From contig CAZAHF010000001.1 of NCBI GenBank assembly GCA_964484995.1, positions 672 to 64,671 on the forward strand: DNA of 64,000 bases, read 5' to 3'. This DNA comes from an uncultured Candidatus Bathyarchaeia archaeon. Its GTDB lineage: Archaea > Thermoproteota > Bathyarchaeia > Hecatellales > Hecatellaceae. Position numbers and translations under genes: made by a program. The notes under the pieces are model-generated. The model saw only the letters and a program-made list of their open reading frames with translations, ran no database searches and was not told the DNA's origin. This document shows, one piece after another, positions 55,431 to 64,000 of the stretch; the stretch's first letter is position 1, and every line of letters begins with the position of its first letter.

Positions 55431-56618
55431 GTGAATTGTTTGGCGGGTAAACCTTTAGCAGCAATAGTTTCAGCTGGGCTTTCAAAGTTTGGTAGACGTG
55501 AGGGACTATTAACAAGGGAGCTTTTTGCTGAGGCTGCAAAAGAAGCTTTTGACAGATGTCCAAACCTAAACCCAAAGAAGGATATTCAAGCAATCTTTTT
55601 TGGTCAAGCTATTCCAGAATCTTTAGAACATCAGTCTCATGCAGCTCCCATGATAACAAACGTTATAGGTACTGTTCCTGTTCCATGTATAAGAACTGAA
55701 AATGCTTGTGCTTCAAGTGGTGCAGCTTTAAGATGTGGTGTTTATGCTATTGCTTCAGGTTTAGCTGATATTGTTATGGTTGGTGGTGCAGAGAAAATGT
55801 GTCATAGAACAACTGGTGAGGTTACCGAAGGTTTAGCAACAGCTTTAGACTTCTTTGTCTCTTCATGGAGTGGGTTAACTTTCCCAGGTTATTTTGCGTT
55901 AATGGCTACAGCTCACATGCATAAATACGGTACAACTGAAGAGCAGTTAGCAAAAATTGCTGTAAAAAACCATAAAAATGGTGCATTAAACCCCAAAGCC
56001 CACATGCAAAAGATTATTGATCTGGAAACAGCTTTAAAGTCAAGGATGATTGCATGGCCTTTAAAACTTTATGATTGTTCACTTATAACTGATGGTGCAA
56101 GCTGTGCTATCCTCACAAAACCCGAGATTGCCAAAAAATTTACAGACACCCCAATATGGATTGTAGGTTCAGCCATGGCTTGCGACACTTTAGAGGTTTA
56201 TGAGAGAGAGGATTATACAAAGTCAATAGCAATAATAACTGCTGGACGTGAAGCCTATAAAATGGCTGGATTAGAGCCTAAGGATATTGATTTAGCTGAA
56301 GTTCATGACTGTTTTACTATTGCTGAGCTTATAGCCTATGAAGATTTAGGCTTCTGTAAAAAGGGTGAAGGGGGAAAACTTATTGATGAAGGTGAAACAG
56401 AGATTGGTGGAAGAATACCTGTAAACACAAGTGGAGGATTAAAAGCTAAAGGCCATCCTGTTGGTGCAACTGGTGTAGCCCAATTATATGAGATTTATCT
56501 TCAGCTTTTAGGTGAAGCTGATAAACGCCAAGTTAAAGGTGCTGAAATAGGGTTATCTCACAATCTTGGAGGAGCAGCAGCCTCATGTGTTGTACATATT
56601 TATAGGAGGGGTGATTAA
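55431..56618 (+). CDS. Thiolase (acetoacetyl-CoA thiolase, archaeal SCP-x-like type)
   Basis: Thiolase fold with active-site Cys (ENACASSGAA) and C-terminal His/Cys region (GHPVGATG). GTG start. Confidence 0.8.
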   Translation: MNCLAGKPLAAIVSAGLSKFGRREGLLTRELFAEAAKEAFDRCPNLNPKKDIQAIFFGQAIPESLEHQSHAAPMITNVIGTVPVPCIRTENACASSGAALRCGVYAIASGLADIVMVGGAEKMCHRTTGEVTEGLATALDFFVSSWSGLTFPGYFALMATAHMHKYGTTEEQLAKIAVKNHKNGALNPKAHMQKIIDLETALKSRMIAWPLKLYDCSLITDGASCAILTKPEIAKKFTDTPIWIVGSAMACDTLEVYEREDYTKSIAIITAGREAYKMAGLEPKDIDLAEVHDCFTIAELIAYEDLGFCKKGEGGKLIDEGETEIGGRIPVNTSGGLKAKGHPVGATGVAQLYEIYLQLLGEADKRQVKGAEIGLSHNLGGAAASCVVHIYRRGD

Positions 56619-56620
56619 GT

Positions 56621-57067
56621 TTGGCTTCAGAAGAAATTACATCAATAGTTTCTCCAGTAATTCCAGCACCAACCATTGAACAATTCTACAAATATTGTGC
56701 TCAACGTAAACTAATGGGCTCAAAATGTAAGAAGTGTGGAGAGATTTTTCTACCTCCAAGAATTATGTGTAACAAATGTTATTCAACAGACCTTGAATGG
56801 GTTCAACTAAAAGGAGATGGAGAAATCGTTACCTATACAGTTATTCATGTTCCACCAACCTTAATGAAAGGACAGGAACCCTACGTATTTGCTGTTATTA
56901 AGCTTGATGAAGGAGTTCAGATTGGAGGGCTTGTTAAAGACGTAAAGACAGAAGACCTAAAGATAGGGATGAGAGTTAAAGTAGACTTTGAAGAGCAGCC
57001 TCCACCTGGAGTTTGGCCTGAAAGACAGTGGCCTAAATGGGTTAGATTCTACTTTAAACCAGCCTAA
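56621..57067 (+). CDS. DUF35 OB-fold / zinc-ribbon protein (thiolase-HMG-CoA synthase scaffold partner)
   Basis: A C-x2-C ... C-x2-C rubredoxin-like zinc ribbon (CKKCGEIFLPPRIMCNKC) is followed by an OB-fold. It starts 3 nt after the thiolase stop. Confidence 0.75.
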   Translation: MASEEITSIVSPVIPAPTIEQFYKYCAQRKLMGSKCKKCGEIFLPPRIMCNKCYSTDLEWVQLKGDGEIVTYTVIHVPPTLMKGQEPYVFAVIKLDEGVQIGGLVKDVKTEDLKIGMRVKVDFEEQPPPGVWPERQWPKWVRFYFKPA

Positions 57068-57168
57068 TCTAAAACCACTTATTTTTCTTCATAACCCCTT
57101 TTGGCTAAATTTTTTATAGGTGAAATTTGTTCTAAATAAGGAAGTAAACTCAGTATTTTAGGTAAACA

Positions 57169-58269
57169 GTGATGAAGCCGAGAGAAATCTTAGAGAATTT
57201 TAAGCCTTACGAGTGGGAACTCTCAGTTATAGATGTGGCAAAAAAGTTTGGTTTAAACCCGGATAAAATTTTAAGGTTTGACACAAACACGATGCCTTTC
57301 CAACCAATAAGGTTACTTGAAAAGCTTAACCAGAAACTTTTAAATCTTAAGGTTAATGAATACCCTGAAACTTCCTATTTGGAGTTAAGAGAGGCTTTAG
57401 CAAGATATCTTAGGAGAAATGTGGATGAAATAACTGTTACAGCTGGATGTGATGAAGCCTTAGATATTCTTGTAAAAGTTTTTATAGACCCTAATACAAA
57501 GGTTCTGGTTTCAACTCCAACCTATGCCATGTATAGAGTTGTTGTTGAAGCCATGGGTGGAAAAATTGTTAATATCCAAAGAAAACCTGATTTTTCAGAT
57601 GATGTAGAGAACATTCTTAGAACTGTTGACAATAAAACAAAACTTATTTTCCTTTGCAATCCTAACAATCCAACAGCAAACCCAATATCCGAAAAAACAG
57701 TCACCCAGTTACTTGATGAAACAGATTGTGCTGTAGTTGTAGATGAGTCTTACGTAGAGTTTTATGGAAAATCTTTTGTAAATCTAATAGACAAGTATGA
57801 GAATCTCATAATTCTTAGAACTTTTTCTAAAGCTTTTTCTTTAGCTGGTGCTAGGGTTGGCTACATGGTTGCAAACAAAAAAACTATAAACCTTTTAAAT
57901 CTTATGCGTCCTCCAAATAGTTTAACAGTAATTTCTTTAGCTTTAGCAAAAATTGCCCTGGAAAACTTAGACTGGATTAGAGAAAATGTTAAAAAAATTG
58001 TTGAAGAGAGAGAAAGATTAGCAAAGGTTTTAGGTGAAATAGACGGGGTTTATGTTTATCCATCTGTAACAAACTTTCTCCTAGTAAAATTTGTTAAAGG
58101 GAATGTTAACAAAATTCATCAAGAACTTTTGAAAAGTGGGATTATAACAAGAAATGTTAGTGATCAGCCTATGCTGGAGAACTGCTTAAGAATTACTGTA
58201 AGAAAACCAGAAGAAAACAGGGTTTTAATTGAAAACCTTAAAAAAATTCTCTCAAGAATAGGAGGTTAA
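57169..58269 (+). CDS. hisC: Histidinol-phosphate aminotransferase (class II PLP aminotransferase)
   Basis: HisC-like length and motifs (PLP-Lys in FSKAFSLAGARVGY; N-terminal YPE). Confidence 0.8.
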   Translation: MMKPREILENFKPYEWELSVIDVAKKFGLNPDKILRFDTNTMPFQPIRLLEKLNQKLLNLKVNEYPETSYLELREALARYLRRNVDEITVTAGCDEALDILVKVFIDPNTKVLVSTPTYAMYRVVVEAMGGKIVNIQRKPDFSDDVENILRTVDNKTKLIFLCNPNNPTANPISEKTVTQLLDETDCAVVVDESYVEFYGKSFVNLIDKYENLIILRTFSKAFSLAGARVGYMVANKKTINLLNLMRPPNSLTVISLALAKIALENLDWIRENVKKIVEERERLAKVLGEIDGVYVYPSVTNFLLVKFVKGNVNKIHQELLKSGIITRNVSDQPMLENCLRITVRKPEENRVLIENLKKILSRIGG

Positions 58270-58278
58270 AAAGGAAGG

Positions 58279-58545
58279 TTGGAGAAAGATAAAGTTGTTG
58301 TAGTTGTTGTTGGGAAAGATAAACCAGGACTTATTGCAGGAGTAACCTCAATAATATCGGGGTTAAACGGAAACATAGAGGATATGGATCAGGTTGTGCT
58401 TCAAGAAGTATTTATAATGTCACTAATTGTAAAATTCTTAAACTTAGAAACCACAGAAAAAATTGAAAAACTGGTAAGTATGCTTAATAAGGAAGGAGAA
58501 AAGCTTGGTTTAAAAATTCATGTTTATCCTTTAAATAAACTTTAA
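58279..58545 (+). CDS. Stand-alone ACT-domain protein (88 aa)
   Basis: The ACT-domain ligand-binding loop KDKPGLIAGVTSIISGLNGNI parallels that of the N-terminal domain of the downstream SerB. Confidence 0.6.
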   Translation: MEKDKVVVVVVGKDKPGLIAGVTSIISGLNGNIEDMDQVVLQEVFIMSLIVKFLNLETTEKIEKLVSMLNKEGEKLGLKIHVYPLNKL

Positions 58546-58560
58546 GGAAAATGTGAAAGA

Positions 58561-59487
58561 ATGGGGAATATTATAGTTACAAGTATTGGTAGAGACAGAC
58601 CTGGCATAGTTGCTGGGATATCAAATATACTTTATCGGCATAATGCAAACATCCTTAAAACAAGAGCCTCAATTCTAGGCGGACTTTTTGTTATGGTTAT
58701 GGTTGTTGATATATCAAAAGTAAACATTAAACTTGAAGACTTAATTTCAAAATTAAAGGAGAAAGGTGTAGAACTTGGTTCGGGAATTTCTGTTGAGGAT
58801 GAGAAAACCTATCGTAAAAAGAAAAAGCTTGTAGCATTTGATTTAGATGGAACTTTGATTCAGATGGAAACTTTAGATGAACTTGCAAAAGCTGCTGGTG
58901 TTTATGAGGAAGTAAAAAAGATTACAAAGATGGCCATGGAAGGAAAAATGAGCTTTAAGGAAGCATTAGCTAGAAGGGTTAAGCTTCTAAAAAATCTACC
59001 AGTAGAAGAGGTGGAAAAGTTAAAGAGGAGAATAGAGTTTACACCTGGTGTTCAAGATCTTGTTAAGGAACTTAAAAAAGCTGGTTTTGTTACAGCAATT
59101 ATTACTGGTGGATTTGATGTTTTTGCTAAACATGTTGCTGAAAAACTTGGAATAGAGTATGTTTACGCTAACAGACTGATTGTTAGGAAGGGTGTTCTAA
59201 CTGGAGAGTTTAAGGGCGAAATTGTTTCTGCTCAATCGAAACTTAAAGCTTTAACAGAGATAGCTAAAAAGGAAGGTATAAGCCTTAGTGAATGTGTTGC
59301 TGTGGGGGATGGGGCAAACGATGTTTTTATTCTAAAAAGTTCAGGTTTAGGTATTGGGTATAAACCAAAAACAGTTGTTAAACGTCATGCTAAAGCCTTA
59401 ATCAACAGTGAGGATTTAAGGACAATTATGGCTTTTATTGGAGGAGGCCAAATAAGAAAAGATGTAATCAAAAAACTTAAAGAGTAG
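58561..59487 (+). CDS. serB: Phosphoserine phosphatase (HAD superfamily) with N-terminal ACT domain
   Basis: ACT region (RDRPGIVAGISNIL), then HAD motif I (LVAFDLDGTLI), motif II/III and motif IV (VGDGANDVF). Confidence 0.8.
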   Translation: MGNIIVTSIGRDRPGIVAGISNILYRHNANILKTRASILGGLFVMVMVVDISKVNIKLEDLISKLKEKGVELGSGISVEDEKTYRKKKKLVAFDLDGTLIQMETLDELAKAAGVYEEVKKITKMAMEGKMSFKEALARRVKLLKNLPVEEVEKLKRRIEFTPGVQDLVKELKKAGFVTAIITGGFDVFAKHVAEKLGIEYVYANRLIVRKGVLTGEFKGEIVSAQSKLKALTEIAKKEGISLSECVAVGDGANDVFILKSSGLGIGYKPKTVVKRHAKALINSEDLRTIMAFIGGGQIRKDVIKKLKE

Positions 59488-59488
59488 C

Positions 59489-59830
59489 CTAGACAGGAAT
59501 AATTCTTATCGTCCCATCTTTTCTGTTTATTCTAATCTCAATTTCATCATTATATTGGTATTTATGTTCCATTCTTTCCCATTCTTGATTTGTCAAAAAA
59601 AGAACAAGTCTATGCGTATATGTTTTCCCTTGACTAAACATTTTTGGTATTTGACTTAAAATTGGTATAACAAAAGAAAATTCTTGAGGTACGTTGCTTG
59701 GAAAAGACATTACTGTTGGAGGTTTTTGGGCTTCAACACTAAACTCAACACAAACATACTCGTTTCCATAGGGATCTGAAGATGGGTGGATGGATGTAAC
59801 TTTACAGTGTATTATAATCTCATCGTCCAT
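59489..59830 (-). CDS. Hypothetical protein (113 aa)
   Basis: ORF only, with no recognisable motif. It is convergent with serB with a 1-nt gap. Confidence 0.4.
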   Translation of the reverse strand: MDDEIIIHCKVTSIHPSSDPYGNEYVCVEFSVEAQKPPTVMSFPSNVPQEFSFVIPILSQIPKMFSQGKTYTHRLVLFLTNQEWERMEHKYQYNDEIEIRINRKDGTIRIIPV

Positions 59831-60098
59831 ATTTTTTTCCTCAAAGATTAGTTTTAAACATCCTTCCCTTATAAAGAAGTTGTATATGGCTTGTCGTAAC
59901 GCTTAAATACTGTTTTTTTCCTATTATGAAATTCAAGTGTGAGGTTGTTGGTGGTGAACAGGAGGCTTTACGTTTTCTGGAGGTCTTGTATTTACCCTAG
60001 GTAACCAAGGAGACTCTAGGAAAAAGAAGTTTTTCATAAAATTTTTCTGGGTTTTTTATAAATCTTCTTTTACCCATGGATACTGGAGGGACTAAATT

Positions 60099-61331
60099 AT
60101 GGTTAAAAGTTTAATTGTAAAGTTTGGCGGCTCCTGTCTTTCAACACCTCAAAACATAAACTTAGCTGCAAAAAAGGTTGTTGAAGAAGTTAAAAAAGAC
60201 CGTAAAATTGCGGTTGTTGTTTCAGCTTTAGCCGGAGTAACCGATAATCTTCTTAAAACAGCTACTGAAGCAAGTTTAAATAAGCTTTCAAAAGAAGAGT
60301 TAGACGAAATTTTGTCTATGGGTGAAAGAACAGCGACAAGGCTAATGGTTTCAGCTCTAAAATCCTATGGTTTAAAGGCTATAGGGTTAGACCCTGCGGA
60401 TAAACTTTGGCCTATCTATACTAACGCAGAATATGGGAATGCCGAGGTTGATTTAGAAAAAACTTTGAAGGCTGTTAAAAGGAAGATTAAACCTTTACTT
60501 GATAATGGTTTTGTGGTTGTTGTCCCTGGTTTTATTGGTTTATCGCCAGAAGGTAAAACTACAACCTTGGGTAGAGGTGGAAGTGACATTACAGCTGTTG
60601 TTTTGGGTAGGTGTATTGAAGCTGATGAGGTTGTTTTTGTTAAAGATGTTGCTGGGGTTCTTTCAGCAGACCCAAAAAAGATTCCTACACCAACAAAAAT
60701 AGATGTTTTGGATGCTGAAGAAATGTTTAGTTTAAGTTCAGCAGGTGCAAAAGTTCTTCATCCAAGAGCATTAAAATATGTGACAAACAGTCTTACCTTA
60801 AGAGTTGCTGGTTTTAATGAAAGTCTTTCAGAAGGAACAGTGATAAAAGGAGAATTAGGTGTTGGTTTAAGGGTTTTCCTTTACCCTAAACCAGTATCCA
60901 TGGTAACAATAGTTGGAAGAGAGGTTGCAACACCAGAATCATTATTAAAAATTTTTTCAGAAACTCTTCCAACAAAGACAAAAATTTTAGGTTTAACTCT
61001 TGCCTCACCTTCTCTACTACTTTATGTTGAAAACCCTTCAAAGCTGATTAAAAATATTCATAACTTAATTAAAACTCAAAAAGTTGCTAAGGCTATTCAC
61101 AGTTTTGAACCGCTAACATTAATTATTGTTTCAGGTCATGAGTTAGAAAAGACTCCAGGTATTGTTGATTGTATTTCAGCTCCTTTAGCTAAAGAGAACA
61201 TTAACCTTTATGGTTTACTTACCATAAGTAATTCTGTTCGTGTTTTTGTTCATCAAAAAGATGGTAAGAAAGCTCTGGAGCTAATAAAAGAAAATTTAAG
61301 TAAAACAGGATTAGTTTTGCAGGAGGTGTAA
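60099..61331 (+). CDS. Aspartate kinase paralog (410 aa)
   Basis: Amino-acid-kinase N-terminus (IVKFGGSCL), TLGRGGSD motif and a C-terminal regulatory region. It is immediately upstream of asd. Confidence 0.75.
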   Translation: MVKSLIVKFGGSCLSTPQNINLAAKKVVEEVKKDRKIAVVVSALAGVTDNLLKTATEASLNKLSKEELDEILSMGERTATRLMVSALKSYGLKAIGLDPADKLWPIYTNAEYGNAEVDLEKTLKAVKRKIKPLLDNGFVVVVPGFIGLSPEGKTTTLGRGGSDITAVVLGRCIEADEVVFVKDVAGVLSADPKKIPTPTKIDVLDAEEMFSLSSAGAKVLHPRALKYVTNSLTLRVAGFNESLSEGTVIKGELGVGLRVFLYPKPVSMVTIVGREVATPESLLKIFSETLPTKTKILGLTLASPSLLLYVENPSKLIKNIHNLIKTQKVAKAIHSFEPLTLIIVSGHELEKTPGIVDCISAPLAKENINLYGLLTISNSVRVFVHQKDGKKALELIKENLSKTGLVLQEV

Positions 61332-61333
61332 CT

Positions 61334-62383
61334 ATGGCTGGAAAACTAAAAGCCGCAGTTTTAGGAGCAACCGGAATGGTTGGACAAATGTTTGTTAGAC
61401 TTCTAGAAAAAAATCCGTGGTTTAAGGTTGAGGTTGTAGCCGCCTCTGAAAGGTCTGTGGGTAAAAGATACTGTGAAGCCATGAGAGGTGGGGGAACTCT
61501 TGGAGAATTTTCTGAGGAGACTATGAATCTTGAAGTTCAACCTTTAAACCCTAAAGCCTTAAAAGATGTTGATGTTGTTTTTTCAGCGTTACCATCAGAT
61601 GTGGCTTATAAAATTGAGGAAGATTTTGCTAAAGAAGGATTTATTGTTTTAAGTAATGCAAGCTCTCATAGGATGGACCCTGATGTTCCAATTTTAAATC
61701 CTGAGGTAAACTGGGAACATATTGTCTTAATCGAGGATCAACGTAAAAGAAGAAACTGGGATGGGGCAATAGTAACAAATCCTAACTGTACAACAGCAAT
61801 TCTTACTCTTTCACTTAAACCAATTTTTGATAGGTTTGGTTTAAAACGTGTTATAGTTTCTACTATGCAAGCTGTTTCTGGAGCTGGTTACCCGGGTGTA
61901 GCTTCTTTAGATATTATTGATAATGTTATTCCTTTCATTAAAAAAGAGGAAGAAAAAGTTTGTAGTGAGTCTTTAAAAATGATGGGTTCTCCTGAGAAAC
62001 CTGCATCATTTAAGATTTCTGCAAGCTGTCATAGAGTTCAAACTATTGATGGCCATTTAGAAGCTGTTTTTGTTGAAACTGAGGAAAAAGTTAAGCCCGA
62101 AGATGTTGTTGAAGTTATGGTTAAGTTTGAAAGTGAACCTCAAAAACTTAAGCTTCCAACAGCTCCAAGCCCACCTATAGTTGTTAGGTTTGAAGAGAAC
62201 CGTCCTCAGCCAAGACTTGATAGAATGGCTGGTGATGGTATGGCTGTTGTTGTTGGTAGAGTTAGAAAAGATGATGTTTTTGAATGTGTAAAGTATGTTG
62301 TTTTAGGTCATAACCTAATTAGGGGAGCTGCTGGATGCTCAATTTTGAATGCTGAACTACTTAAAGCAAAAGGATACTTATAG
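61334..62383 (+). CDS. asd: Aspartate-semialdehyde dehydrogenase
   Basis: Rossmann N-terminus (LGATGMVGQ), catalytic Cys (NPNCTT) and an archaeal-type Asd length. Confidence 0.9.
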   Translation: MAGKLKAAVLGATGMVGQMFVRLLEKNPWFKVEVVAASERSVGKRYCEAMRGGGTLGEFSEETMNLEVQPLNPKALKDVDVVFSALPSDVAYKIEEDFAKEGFIVLSNASSHRMDPDVPILNPEVNWEHIVLIEDQRKRRNWDGAIVTNPNCTTAILTLSLKPIFDRFGLKRVIVSTMQAVSGAGYPGVASLDIIDNVIPFIKKEEEKVCSESLKMMGSPEKPASFKISASCHRVQTIDGHLEAVFVETEEKVKPEDVVEVMVKFESEPQKLKLPTAPSPPIVVRFEENRPQPRLDRMAGDGMAVVVGRVRKDDVFECVKYVVLGHNLIRGAAGCSILNAELLKAKGYL

Positions 62384-62396
62384 GAGGTGTAGAGAT

Positions 62397-63188
62397 TTGG
62401 ATATAGGTAAAAAACGGAGACTAAACAGAATTTTTAGAAAAGATGGAAAAGCGGTAATTGTTCCTATGGATCATGGGGTAACCATAGGTCCTGTTAAAGG
62501 CTTAGTTGATATGCAACAAACAATTAACAAGCTGATACTTGGTGAAGCTGACGCCGTAGTGGTTCATAAGGGTATTGCAAGCTATGTTGACACTGAGGGT
62601 CTTGGGCTTATTATCCATCTTTCTGGAAGCACAAAAATCGGGCCGGATCCAAACTGGAAGGTTAACGTATGTAGTGTTAAACAAGCTTTAAGACTAGGAG
62701 CAGACGGAGTTTCTGTTCATGTAAATGTAGGTTCAGCTCAGGAACCAGAAATGCTAAAAAGTATGGGTAGAATAGCTGATAAGGCGGCAGAATACGGGTT
62801 ACCACTACTAGCTATGATGTATCCAAGAGGACCTAACATAAAAAATGAACATGACCCTGAGCTTGTTAAACATGCTGCAAGACTTGGGGCGGAGCTTGGA
62901 GCAGACATAATAAAAACAAATTATACTGGAAGTATCGAAAGCTTTAGAGAGGTTGTTAAAGGCTGTCCTGTTCCAGTAATAATTGCTGGTGGACCTAAAG
63001 CCAAAGATGATGCTGGATTCTTAAGGATGGTTTATGATTCTATTCAGGCTGGTGGAGCAGGAGTATCTATAGGTCGAAACGTTTTCCAGCACCAAAACCC
63101 AACAGGAATGGTTAAGGCTCTAAACGCGATAGTTCATGAAAAAGCCACTGTTGAAGAAGCATTAAAAATTCTTGGTGAATCTGGATGA
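62397..63188 (+). CDS. DhnA-family class I aldolase, probable 2-amino-3,7-dideoxy-D-threo-hept-6-ulosonate (ADH) synthase AroA'
   Basis: DhnA/FbaB-family motifs ([18 protein letters not shown] Schiff-base Lys). The TTG at 62397 is preferred as the start because a GGAGGTG SD follows the asd stop directly; the ORF track starts at 62349 inside asd. Assignment to ADH synthase rather than FBP aldolase rests on context. Confidence 0.65.
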   Translation: MDIGKKRRLNRIFRKDGKAVIVPMDHGVTIGPVKGLVDMQQTINKLILGEADAVVVHKGIASYVDTEGLGLIIHLSGSTKIGPDPNWKVNVCSVKQALRLGADGVSVHVNVGSAQEPEMLKSMGRIADKAAEYGLPLLAMMYPRGPNIKNEHDPELVKHAARLGAELGADIIKTNYTGSIESFREVVKGCPVPVIIAGGPKAKDDAGFLRMVYDSIQAGGAGVSIGRNVFQHQNPTGMVKALNAIVHEKATVEEALKILGESG

Positions 63189-64000
63189 AGGAGCTATGGG
63201 TTGAAGTAAACGAGGAGCTGCCAGAAAACCTTAAGCAATCAATTTTAGAAAACTGTAAAAAAGGTTGTAATGTGGTTATTGTTGAAAAAGACTCTCTTAA
63301 ATATGCTAAAAACTTAAACCTAACAACAGCCTCAAAAACAGATGGAGACTTAGTTTTAGTTGAGGGTTTAGATGAGAATCTTATTAAAAAACATGTAAAC
63401 GAGAAAAAGCGGGTTTGTGTTAAAATAACAGTTAAAGACAGAGAAGATGAAGAAAAGATTGTTAATGCAGCAAACATAGGTGCATCCTACATTATTGCTT
63501 TATGTCAAAACTGGAAAATCATTCCACTTGAAAACTTAATAGCAAAAATTCGTGGAAAAGCAAAACTTTTAACAGAAGTTTCAAATGCGGATGAAGCAAA
63601 ATTAGCTTTAGAAATTTTAGAGCTTGGCGTTGATGGTGTTGTTCTCAAAACAGACAAACCAGAAACAATACAAGAGGTAGCCTTGACTTTAGCAAACTTT
63701 AAAGAAAAACCAAGATTAAAGTTAACCATTGCAAAAATCTTGGGGAGTAAAGAGATAGGTTTAGGTGACAGAGTTTGTATCGACACATGTAATCTTATGG
63801 AGAAGGGAGAAGGAATTCTTGTAGGATGTCAGTCTTCAGGCTTGTTTCTTGTTCAAGCAGAGGTTTTAGAAACTCCTCATGTTGAACCAAGACCTTTTAG
63901 GGTTAATGCAGGGCCAGTCTCACTTTATGTACTTGCAACAAAAGATAAAACACGCTATCTTTCAGAGTTAAAAGCTGGAGAAGAAATTTTGATTGTTGAT
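63185..64000 (+). CDS. 3-dehydroquinate synthase II-like protein (AroB'), 3' end beyond window
   Basis: An open frame from ATG 63185 (ATGA overlap with the aldolase stop) runs to the window end. Translation ([15 protein letters not shown] ... [10 protein letters not shown] ... GDRVCIDTC) has the right length class for DHQS-II. The call is supported mainly by genomic context. Confidence 0.6.
   Translation, partial: MKELWVEVNEELPENLKQSILENCKKGCNVVIVEKDSLKYAKNLNLTTASKTDGDLVLVEGLDENLIKKHVNEKKRVCVKITVKDREDEEKIVNAANIGASYIIALCQNWKIIPLENLIAKIRGKAKLLTEVSNADEAKLALEILELGVDGVVLKTDKPETIQEVALTLANFKEKPRLKLTIAKILGSKEIGLGDRVCIDTCNLMEKGEGILVGCQSSGLFLVQAEVLETPHVEPRPFRVNAGPVSLYVLATKDKTRYLSELKAGEEILIVD

Noticed and set aside
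59926-60000. 24-codon ORF as a transcription-attenuation leader peptide for the ask-asd-aro operon
   Set aside because: The peptide (MKFKCEVVGGEQEALRFLEVLYLP) has no run of Thr, aromatic or other regulatory codons. It is kept only as part of the possible structured-RNA region.
63112-63786. Two minus-strand ORFs (121 and 93 aa) at the right edge
   Set aside because: They are antisense to the aldolase and DHQS-II-like genes, which are supported by motifs and operon context.
1-64000. CRISPR arrays, tRNA/rRNA genes, transposases, integrases
   Set aside because: I scanned the intergenic spacers and found no regularly spaced direct repeats, no GC-rich cloverleaf-like 70-90-nt segments with GTTC-type T-loops, and no ORFs with DDE or tyrosine recombinase motifs. 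Without a search tool, tRNAs inside coding-dense regions cannot be fully excluded.

Overview
The window is a visibly AT-rich archaeal chromosomal segment. It is densely packed with housekeeping and biosynthetic genes; short gene overlaps and ATGA/TGA-TTG junctions indicate operons. I found no rRNA, tRNA, CRISPR array, transposase or integrase. Content in order along the window:
- A family-B DNA polymerase.
- An agmatinase and deoxyhypusine synthase operon.
- Two tandem MoeA paralogs, one fused to a PBP-like domain.
- An endonuclease IV-like gene and an HtpX protease.
- An eight-gene purine operon on the minus strand (purC-purS-purQ-purL-purF-purF'-purD-purE).
- A divergent Sm-like protein and an archaeal-type SAM synthetase.
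- Rio2 kinase, CTP synthase, a purine phosphoribosyltransferase-like gene, MTA phosphorylase, a Dph6-like PP-loop ATPase and PurA.
- Prolyl-tRNA synthetase, ribosomal protein S26e, a PadR regulator, a CDP-alcohol phosphatidyltransferase, and a fused archaeal threonyl-tRNA synthetase.
- A LysW-carrier lysine/arginine cluster (lysW-lysX-lysY | lysZ-lysJ). The 57-aa lysW is absent from the ORF track.
- A divergently transcribed his operon (hisA-B-D-E-I plus a PHP-family phosphatase).
- A large surface/membrane protein.
- A PRC-barrel protein heading a thrC-hom-ask operon.
- An NRAMP transporter, serine hydroxymethyltransferase with no canonical start codon, and a thiolase-DUF35 pair.
- hisC, a free-standing ACT-domain gene followed by an ACT-SerB gene.
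- At the right edge, a second aspartokinase followed by asd, an ADH-synthase-like aldolase and a partial DHQ synthase II. These look like the entry steps of the archaeal alternative shikimate pathway.
Most of the window looks like an ordinary core genome. The points I would follow up are a PurF paralog with a degenerate glutaminase site, a 65-bp perfect nucleotide identity shared by the two moeA paralogs, the glyA start anomaly, and several hypothetical or surface proteins. I did not find a defined novel multi-gene system; no defence or mobile element stands out.
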